Origin: Macrostomum lignano
Taxonomy: Eukaryota
Reading direction: 5' to 3'
Assembly: GCA_002269645.1 (NCBI GenBank)
Contig: NIVC01003722.1
Location: 16,578 to 80,577 of the forward strand
Length of the DNA: 64,000 nucleotides
Position 1 is the stretch's first letter. Every line of letters starts with the position of its first letter. The notes beneath the pieces are model-generated. The model ran no database searches. It saw only the letters and a list, made by a program, of their open reading frames with translations, and was not told where the DNA came from. This document shows, in pieces, positions 27,201 to 36,359 of the stretch. The position numbers and the translations under genes are program-made.

Positions 27201-27294
27201 TGGATTGCCCGGCCGAAGTCAGAACCCAAGCGAGCGCGAGCAGCATTTGCAGCAGGCCGGCTGCCCGGTGAGTCAGTGCTCGAGGAGGCTTCAT
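24207..27294 (-). CDS. Divergent nAChR-like Cys-loop channel subunit, copy C (404 aa, 6 exons)
   Basis: Exons 27294-27064, 26992-26948, 26305-26187, 25603-25276 (CPMNMAYFPFDSQQC; GC donor AAG|GCAAGT), 24983-24785, 24499-24207 (M3 and M4 in one exon). Total 1215 nt in frame. Confidence 0.87.
24538..24758. repeat. (CAGCA)n microsatellite in intron 5 of copy C
   Basis: Pentamer run. Confidence 0.95.
24995..25230. repeat. 54-bp tandem duplication (about 4 units) of the intron 4 acceptor region of copy C
   Basis: Unit GCTGAGCGGGCACTCAGCACAGAGACTGCTGTGCAATGGGGTGGGGAGCGGGAG. A single related unit lies in copy B intron 4. Confidence 0.88.
25660..26175. repeat. About 21-bp minisatellite (ACATGATACACATACGCAACT)n
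   Basis: Intron 3 of copy C. Confidence 0.88.
26350..26915. repeat. 27-bp minisatellite (GAGATTTGATTGAGGTGAGATACCTAT)n
   Basis: Intron 2 of copy C. Confidence 0.9.
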
Positions 27295-27555
27295 CAGCGA
27301 GGCTGGACTAATTCCGGGCTCCAGTGCTGCAGAATAAACTATTAATATTCATAGCCAGTTATCAGTTAGCAAGCAGTCAGACAGTTTGGCTCCATAAAAA
27401 ATTGCGCAAATACAGAGAGGGGGGGCTCATTTGATTTGGCTGATCAGCATCTGAGCTGGGCTTAAGTAATTAATCCAGCAGTTCTGTTTGCCGAATAATA
27501 ACAATGCTCAGACACGCACGCAAACATCCTGAGTTTGTTGACTTTAGACAGTTGG

Positions 27556-28078
27556 AATCATTAGCATCGTTAGCACCATTAGCACTATTAGCATCATTAG
27601 CACCATTAGCACTATTAGCATCATTAGCACCATTAGCATCATTAGCATCAATAGCATCATTAGCATCATTAGCATCATTAGCACCATTAGCACCATTAGC
27701 ACCATTAGCACTATTAGCATCATTAGCACCATTAGCACTATTAGCATCATTAGCACCATTAGCACTATTAGCATCATTAGCACCATTAGCATCATTAGCA
27801 TCGTTAGCACCATTAGCACCATTAGCACTATTAGCATCATTAGCATCAATAGCATCATTAGCATCATTAGCATCATTAGCACCATTAGCACCATTAGCAT
27901 CAATAGCACCATTAGCATTATTAGCATCATTAGCATCAATAGCATCATTAGCATCATTAGCATCATTAGCACCATTAGCACCATTAGCATCAATAGCATC
28001 ATTAGCATCATTAGCACCATTAGCACCATTAGCATCAATAGCATAATCAGCATAATCAGCATCATTAGCACCATTAGC
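27556..28078. repeat. 9-bp repeat (GCATCATTA/GCACCATTA)n
   Basis: Unit read directly. It explains the ANGAND / LASLAP / MLMLM ORFs. Confidence 0.93.
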
Positions 28079-28845
28079 ACTGGAAACCATTGACATGACA
28101 TGGCCACTAGTATTACTATAAACTAACATCAGCTCAGGTTTGTTAGTTTTACTTCTGCAATGTCGATCATAAATTTTGTAGGATGAGCAAAAATAACTCG
28201 ACCTCTGTGTCCGTTTGAAGCTCGTTGCAACTCAAAAGTCAATCGACATATTCTGGACACTCACCTGGCTGGCTCTACATCAACTGCGATCACGACAGCG
28301 ACAGCGCCTTTTTTAAGGGCCTTCCCATCAAGAAGCTGGAAGCGATCGATACTTTCATCTTCATCGTCCGTTTTTGTGATCGGCTCGTGACCTTCAACAC
28401 CGACATCACCGCCGTTTTCGGGATGGTCGGGCGTGTTAAATCCGGATGCTCATGCGGTCGGCGCTGCATCACAACATCCGATTCAGTGCCCAGGCAGTAC
28501 CAAATTCTCGCTAATCTCGTCTCGACCTGTGTCCGTTTGAAGCTCATTGAAACTCAAAAGTCTTCGCGCCTCAAGGTGTCAGCTGTTTGCGTTTCAAAGA
28601 TGGCTCTTTTTCGGGGCGATCGTTGCGATCGGAGCGGCTTTCCTTCTCAAGAGCCACTCTTGCGATCTTTGCGCACTTCCCTCTTCTCCCGATGTGTATG
28701 GCAAAATTCCAGTAGTTGAAAAGTTGTGGATTTAATGTTTAAAAAAACTGAAAACTTCAAATCTTGCCAATGCAGTTGGCAGCTGGAATCGGCCTGCAAC
28801 AAAATCCGCACGATTTGCGGCGGCCTTCTGCTTCATTTTTTTTAG

Positions 28846-29262
28846 GATTCGAACCTGAGACTATGATAAGGTGAGGTAAGCAGCATTCGAACCAAGGACC
28901 ATTATAGGATGCAATAAGCAGGATTCGAACCTAGGACAATTTTGGAACTCACTAAGTAGGATTCGAACCTAGGACTATTATAGGATCAACTATATGGATT
29001 CGAACCTAGGACTATTATAGGATCAACTATATGGATTCGAACCTAGGACTATTATAGGATCAACTATATGGATTCAAAACTAGGACTATTATAGGATCAA
29101 CTATACGGATTCGAACCTAGGACTATTATAAGATCAACTATATGGATTCGAACCTAGGACTATTATAGGATCAACTATATGGATTCGAACCTAGGACTAT
29201 TATAGGATCAACCATATGGATTCGAACCTAGGACCATTAAAGGACTCACTAAGATTCAAACC
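28846..29262 (-). repeat. 37-bp minisatellite carrying a Pol III B-box (GGTTCGAATCC on the minus strand) in most units
   Basis: Top-strand unit GGATTCGAACCTAGGACTATTATAGGATCAACTATAT; about 12 copies of the motif, most perfect. Confidence 0.85.
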
Positions 29263-29429
29263 TAAAACTACTGGGAGAGTTTATTTCCTATAGCATATCA
29301 GGAAAATTAATAAATATCCAGATAATATCGATGACAGAGGATTATTAGAAAGATGCAGCTTCATAGAACAGAGGAGCTCAGTAAGCAGGCGTCAGCGATC
29401 AGGCACGGTGTCCGATGATTGAGCCGGAA

Positions 29430-32400
29430 TCAGAATTCAGAAAATCTTATTTTTCTCAAAGCGGGCTCGCAGTCGCCGCTCCCCGCCGCGGTGAGAGCCA
29501 GACAGATCAGAATGCCAGCTGAAGCAACGATCGCGCCGAAGGCCAGCAGCCGATCGATGATGCGACCGATTTGACGCCACTCGGCAGTTTCCATGGAAGT
29601 CGTTGCTGGGGCGACGCTCGTTTGCTTGCCGACCTGGTCAGCCCAGGCGGAGTCGTCATCGGCCTGCTTTGGGGCGGAATGAAATGCTCAGGTGAAAATT
29701 TAGAGGCAGGCATGGGGCTCGAACTCAGGAGCTCCAGACAGAGTACACATCAGATTTAGGAAGTCAGAACCATTGCCATGTAAAAGTCCAGAATCTCTGC
29801 TAATTAATCTAAAATGCGCTAAATAACAAATTTACAAGCAGAACTCTTAGCTCGTCTCACCACAGTGTTCTTCCAGCCGCACAGGCGGTTGAGGAACAGC
29901 AGCCTCAGCACTGGGTTGCTCACAGCCTCCCGCGATGCAGCTCTCCTGTAGCACAGGTGCACAACTATGCTGCCGATTGTGCTCAGAGCGGTCACAGCCA
30001 TGGCCACCGTGAAGTACCAGGCTGGGGATGGGCAGAGACAGGCTTGACTCAGTGTAGCTGCATAGCACAGCACAGCACAGCACAGCACAGCACAGCACAG
30101 CACAGCACAGCACAGCACAGCACAATACAGCACAGCACAGCACAGCACAGCACAGCACAGCACAATACAGCACAGCACAGCACACCACAGCACAGCACAG
30201 CACAGCACTGCACACATCAATAGCCATACACTTGGACTCACTGAGCACTGGAACAGACTCGCTCTGAGCAGGAGTGATGCTGCCCGCCAGCTGCAGGAAC
30301 ACACTCATTGACAGCAGGATGGCCACATTCAGTGCCAGTCGGTCGCCCGAGTCCGCTGGCAGGAGAAAGCCGAAGATGCAGGTGGCGAGGATGAGGGCGC
30401 TGGGGATGATGAGCACTATGACGTAGTACATCGGCAGTCTCTGGAGTGTTGAGTGTAAATATTTGGCCAGAAATTGAAACAAAATATTTGCGTTATAACA
30501 ATGCAGTCGTCAGTCAACTAAAAGTCTGTACCTTAAAAGTAATGATAACCTCCATCTGGTGGTAACTAGAATAGACCCATTTCAGAATCGAGTCAACGGC
30601 AGTGACGCAGTACTCGTTGCTGCGGAGAAACCGAATCGATAGGTCAATAGCGATGCTTCGCACCACTCTGAGCCGCAGCGAATTGGGCGGTCTCTGGCCC
30701 GAGGCCATGCTGAAATTGCACTGCTGTTTGTCAAACGGAAAGCTGGCCAGCTGCATGTTGCATTTTTTTGTTAAGCCGAATGCCAGCTTGGTTTGCACCT
30801 GACCGTCTGAGCTGATCTCGGCTAGCAGTTTGCTCTGATCGTGGTTGCGAATCTCCACACTGGAAATGTTCAGGCTATGGTTGTGAAGTTCGGGCACAAG
30901 GAAAATAAGGATACTCGTAGAAGTGCAGGAGAGATAAGGATAGGAATACAGGTGAGATAAAAAAGGATAGGAATAAAGGTGAGATAAGGCTAGGAATACA
31001 GGTGAGATAAGGATAGGAATACAGGTGAGATAAGGCTAGGAATACAGGTGAGATAAGGATAGGAATACAGGTGAGATAAGGATAGGAATACAGGTGATAT
31101 AAGGCTAGGAATACAGGTGGGATAAGGATAGGAATACAGGTGAGATAAGGATAGGAATACAGGTGAGATAAGGCTAGGAATACAGGTGAGATAAAAAGGA
31201 TAGGAATAAAGGTGAGATAAGGCTAGGAATACAGGTGAGATAAGGATAGGAATACAGGTGAGATAAGGATAGGAATACAGGTGAGATATGGATAGGAATA
31301 CAGGTGAGATAAGGATAGGAATACAGGTGAGATAAGGATAGGTATACAGGTGAGATAAGGCTAGGAATACAGGTGAGATATGGATATAAATACAGGTGAG
31401 ATAAGGATAGGAATACAGGTGAGATAAGGATAGGAATACAGGTGAGATAAGGCTAGGAATACAGGTGAGATAAGGAGAGGAATACAGGTGAGATATGGAT
31501 AGGAATACAGGTGAGATAAGGAGAGGAATACAGGTGAGATAAGGATAGGAATACAGGTGAGATAAGGATAGGTATACAGGTGAGATAAGGCTAGGAATAC
31601 AGGTGAGATATGGATATAAATACAGGTGAGATAAGGATAGGAATACAGGTGAGATAAGGATAGGAATACAGGCGAGATAAGGCTAGGAATACAGGTGAGA
31701 TAAGGAGAGGAATACAGGTGAGATATGGATAGGAATACAGGTGAGATAAGGCTAGGAATACAGGTGAGATAAGGAGAGGAATACAGGTGAGATATGGATA
31801 GGAATACAGGTGAGATAAGGATAGGAATACAGGTGAGATAAGGATAGGTATACAGGTGAGATAAGGCTAGGAATACAGGTGAGATATGGATATAAATACA
31901 GGTGAGATAAGGATAGGAATACAGGTGAGATAAGGATAGGAATACAGGCGAGATAAGGCTAGGAATACAGGTGAGATAAGGAGAGGAATACAGGTGAGAT
32001 ATGGATAGGAATACAGGTGAGATAAGGCTAGGAATACAGGTGAGATAAGGAGAGGAATACAGGTGAGATATGGATAGGAATACAGGTGAGATAAGGATAG
32101 GAATACAGGTGAGATAAGGATAGGTATACAGGTGAGATAAGGCTAGGAATACAGGTGAGATATGGATATAAATACAGGTGAGATAAGGATAGGAATACAG
32201 ATGAGAAAAGGATATAGGAACACTCGGAAATAAAGATACGAGTAGAAACACAAAAATTAGTATTGAATAAGAAGTCAATAAAGAATCCCAGCCGTGCGAT
32301 GTGTGAAAGTTGATGGCATAAATTACAAGCGGCACCCACCAATGTCTGACACAGTCTCCAAAGTGGATTTAATTATAAGCCGCACCATTTTAAAGTAAAG

Positions 32401-34403
32401 TGTCTTTAAAGTGTCTGTCAAGCCGCATGGGTGGTCAAATATTGCTAATGGATGCCCAGAGCCTGTCAGTTTTAGACACCATTCGGAGCAAATAGATAAG
32501 TAGGATAGTTATCAAACTCACGGCTGGCTAACGCTGATGTCAGGTGTCCACAGCCAATCCAGAGGCGCGTAGATGGCGCCAACTGCGGCCAGTTCCGGTC
32601 TGGCGATTCCTTTCCAGGCTAGTCGGGGGTCTGTCCAGTTCTGTTGTATTGACATCAGTGTGGCAGAAATGATTGATGAGTCAACACGTTGGCTTTGGAG
32701 TGAGGCTGCGGGTTGGAAGGTTGTCCCAAGGTTGATGCAAATAGATCGATGAGGAAGGTGTATGCTTGTATGTGTGCTTGGAAGTAACGAGAAGGCTGTG
32801 TTTGGGAAGTGAGGCTGGCATGGGAGTCAGGGGGAGAGGGTGGTATGAGAGTCAGGGGTGAGCTTTGTGGCATAAGAGTCAGGGGGAGAGGGTGGTATGA
32901 GAGTCAGGGGTGAGCTTTGTGGCATAAGAGTCAGGGGGAGAGGGTGGTATGAGAGTCAGGGGTGAGGTTTGTGGCATAAGAGTCAGGGGGAGAGGGTGGT
33001 ATGAGAGTCAGGGGTGAGGTTTGTGGCATAAGAGTCAGGGGGAGAGGGTGGTATGAGAGTCAGGGGTGAGGTTTGTGGCATAAGAGTCAGGGGGAGAGGG
33101 TGGTATGAGAGTCAGGGGTGAGGTTTGTGGCATAAGAGTCAGGGGGAGAGGGTGGTATGAGAGTCAGGGGTGAGGTTTGTGGCATAAGAGTCAGGGGGAG
33201 AGGGTGGTATGAGAGTCAGGGGTGAGGTTTGTGGCATGAGAGTCAGGGGTGAGGTTTGTGGCATGAGAGTCAGGGGATGAGGCTTGTGGCATGAGAGTCA
33301 GGGGTGAGGCTTGTAGCATGAGAGTCAGGGAGTGAGGCTTGTGGCATGAGAGTCAGGGATTGTGAGGGTGGCATAAGAGTCAGGGGTGAGGGTGGCATGA
33401 GAGTCAGGGATTGTGAGGGTGGCATGAGAGTCAGGGATTGTGAGGGTGGCATGAGAGTCAGGGATTGTGAGGGTGGCATGAGAGTCAGGGGGTGAGGTGG
33501 CATGAGAGTCAGGGATTGTGAGGGTGGCATGAGAGTCAGGGGGTGAGGTGGCATGAGAGTCAGGGGTGAGGGTGGCATGAGAGTCAGGGATTGTGAGGGT
33601 GGCACGAGAGTCAGGGGTGAGGGTGGCATGAGAGTCAGAGAGTGAGGTGGCATGAGAGTCAGGGGTGAGGGTGGCATGAGAGTCAGGGGTGAGGGTGGCA
33701 CGAGAGTCATGGGTGGTGGTTGGCATGAGAGTCAGAGAGTGAGGTGGCATGAGAGTCAGGGGTGAGGGTGGCACGAGAGTCATGGGTGGTGGTTGGCATG
33801 AGAGTCAGGGGTGAGGGTGGCATGAGAGTCAGGGGTGAGGGTGGCACGAGAGTCATGGGTGGTGGTTGGCATGAGAGTCAGAGAGTGAGGTGGCATGAGA
33901 GTCAGGGGTGAGGGTGGCACGAGAGTCATGGGTGGTGGTTGGCATGAAAGTCAGGGGTGAGGGTGGCATGAGAGTCAGGGGTGAGGGTGGCACGAGAGTC
34001 ATGGGTGGTGGTTGGCATGAGAGTCAGAGAGTGAGGTGGCATGAGAGTCAGTGCATGTTTAACAGACTGCTTACCATGGAAACTCTGTTCTCCAGCACAA
34101 TGAACTGCTTGACCATGTCCTGTAAAGAGCACAAATAAATTAACAAATGAGAATGCGATGATTTAGCGCAAATCCGGACAAACCGGCTCTACTTACGACA
34201 TCAATGAGCTTGACTATCTCAATCATGATGGTCACAACGACGGCCGTGCCATTGATCGGTCTCGGACTGGCGCCTTTGACATAGCCGCCGTTGGTGAGAT
34301 TCAGCATCCGGATGATCTGCTCATCGACAGACGCGTCATCGGCGACAGGTTCCGCCGCATTGGTTGCTAGGAGCAGCTGTGCTAAAATCCCTGCCAGTAG
34401 CAT
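29430..34403 (-). CDS. Divergent nAChR-like Cys-loop channel subunit, copy D (about 430 aa)
   Basis: Exons 34403-34197, 34119-34075, 32640-32522, 30859-30532 (CNMQLASFPFDKQQC), 30440-30242, 30021-29861, 29663-29430 (AEWRQIGRIIDRL). Total 1293 nt in frame. Confidence 0.9.
30061..30208. repeat. (CAGCA)n microsatellite in intron 5 of copy D
   Basis: Pentamer run. Confidence 0.95.
30930..32205. repeat. 23-bp minisatellite (AGGATAGGAATACAGGTGAGATA)n
   Basis: Intron 3 of copy D. Confidence 0.93.
32815..34050. repeat. G-rich minisatellite of about 24 bp (GAGAGTCAGGGGTGAGGGTGGCAT)n
   Basis: Intron 2 of copy D. The same family occurs at 39385-39775. Confidence 0.9.
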
Positions 34404-34870
34404 GATTCAGAACTCGCTGTCCAGTGTATCCGGGACGTGTGGTGGGGCTGCTTCCCTATCAGAGGGTCTGTATAGATATACAGGTAAGTCAGGGTATATT
34501 TGCAGGCGTTGTCGGTGACGAAAAATACACACTGGCACTGGTAGTGTTTGAACAGGCCAGTTGGTCAAACAGATTCAGCCATCGGATCAGCCATTGGCAA
34601 ATTGAATGGCGAACAGTTACTTAACAATTGTGCTTTAGCCGAAAATGGTTGTTTGAGCACTATCATTCTTTGCTTTAGGGATAAGGGACAAAATTCGTTT
34701 GTCATGTGATGGACGGTTTTTTATAGCGAACTTTAACAGCAGCCTTGAAATAGATGAGCTACTCTCTCTAGCAGCATCTTTATTACCTGCAAATATTAGA
34801 ATATGAGCCCGGCTAGGGCTGACGCGCTCGTAACTGACCAACGAATGAATAAATTTACATTAGCCTGGAT

Positions 34871-35739
34871 CAGCGGCGTCGCCACCGAAAAGGGGGACAG
34901 GGGGACATGCCCCCCAGTAAAAGCTATGAGAGGACATACCAATGCTTTGTCCCACCACCCAACCTTGTGAGCCGTTATGGAAATCAATAATTTTGCTTCA
35001 GGACGAAAATCTATAGCGCCTACGGCAAAAAAATGAGTGCCTGCGGCGCCAAAGTGAGTGCCTGTGGCGCTAAAATAAGTGCCTGCGGCGCTAAAATGAG
35101 TGTCTGCGGCGCTAAAATAAGTGCCTGCGGCGCTAAAATGAGTGCCTGTGGTGCCCAAATGAATGTCTGCGGCGCCAAAATGAGTGACTGCGGCGCCAAA
35201 GTGAGTGCCTGCGGCGCCAAAGTGAGATCTTGCGGCACGAAAATGAGTGCTTGTGGTGCCCAAATGAGTGTCTGCGGCGCCAAAATGAGTGACTGCGGCG
35301 CCAAAGTGAGATCTTGCGGCGCCAAAATGAGTGTCTGCGGCGCCAAAATGAGTGTCTGCGGCGCCAAAATGAGTGTCTGCGGCGCCAAAATGAGTGTCTG
35401 CGGCGCCAAAATGAGTGACTGTGGCGCCAAAGTGAGATCTTGCGGCGCCAAAGTGAGAGCCTGTGGCACCAAAATGAGTGACTGCGGCGCCAAAGTGAGA
35501 GCCTGCGGCGCCAAAATGAGTGACTGTGGCGCCAAAACGAGTGACTGTGGCGCCAAAATGAGTGCCTGCGGCGCCAAAAAGAGTGTCTGCGGCGCCGAAA
35601 AGAGTGCCTGCAGCGCTAAAAAGAGTGCCTGCGGCGCCAAAATGAGCGCTGACAACAGTGATGCTGAAAATAATGTACATGCAATATGTGGAATTCTCGG
35701 CTTTGTCCCCCTACCATAAAATCCATGGCGGCGCCCCTG
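34871..35739. mobile_element. hAT-like MITE, copy 1, with expanded internal 21-bp repeat
   Basis: Ends CAGCGGCGTCGCCA ... TGGCGGCGCCCCTG (imperfect TIR). 8-bp flanks GCCTGGAT/GCCTGTAT match 7/8. Shares its body with 52074-52401. Confidence 0.75.
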
Positions 35740-36359
35740 GCCTGTATAGTAAAGTAAACAGAATTAGAGTCAGTGAAAAGTGGAAAGTGAAAGTGATGAA
35801 AACAAGTCTTTAAGTGTCTCGACTTTAGGGCAAAATTAATTATTAGAATTTATCTCTGCATGTGCAAATGCTACTACTGTGTACAAACAGTAGTCACACG
35901 TGAAGAGTGGAAATTATCTGTGATTGATACGGTGGAGTTTATTGATTACTATTGCTAATTGCTGGCACTTGCCCCTTGTTATCTCTCACACCTTAATCAG
36001 TTTAAAAGCGGTGCAAGTTTCAGCTGTAGGCGAAAGGCATTGGAGGGCGGCCGCACGTGGTCGGGGTTGCATATTCCACCGTACTACCAGAGATATCTAA
36101 TCTATTGCACCGAGCAGGCTTCTCTGCTTTCTCTCTCGCCAGCAAACCAGTTAATATACGAATAGCACCTGGCATTGAATCGTTTCAATAGTCGCCGCTT
36201 GTTATTCTCGAGCTACTAAAACGGTCAAAGATAAAGCGGAAAGACAAACAAATCTGAGCCAAGATTTTAAAGGTCTTGCTCACAGTTCAGAAATACGCCC
36301 AGTCATTTTTCGGCCGAGATCTGCTGCTCAGGGTTACAGTTTTTGAGTTGCATTCAGGA

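Noticed and set aside
27470-28129. ANGAND antifreeze or ice-nucleation-like protein
   Set aside because: A 9-bp repeat open in several frames on both strands, with no splice or promoter support.
28846-29262. tRNA gene cluster
   Set aside because: Only the T-loop/B-box motif is present; the 37-bp unit is too short for a cloverleaf.
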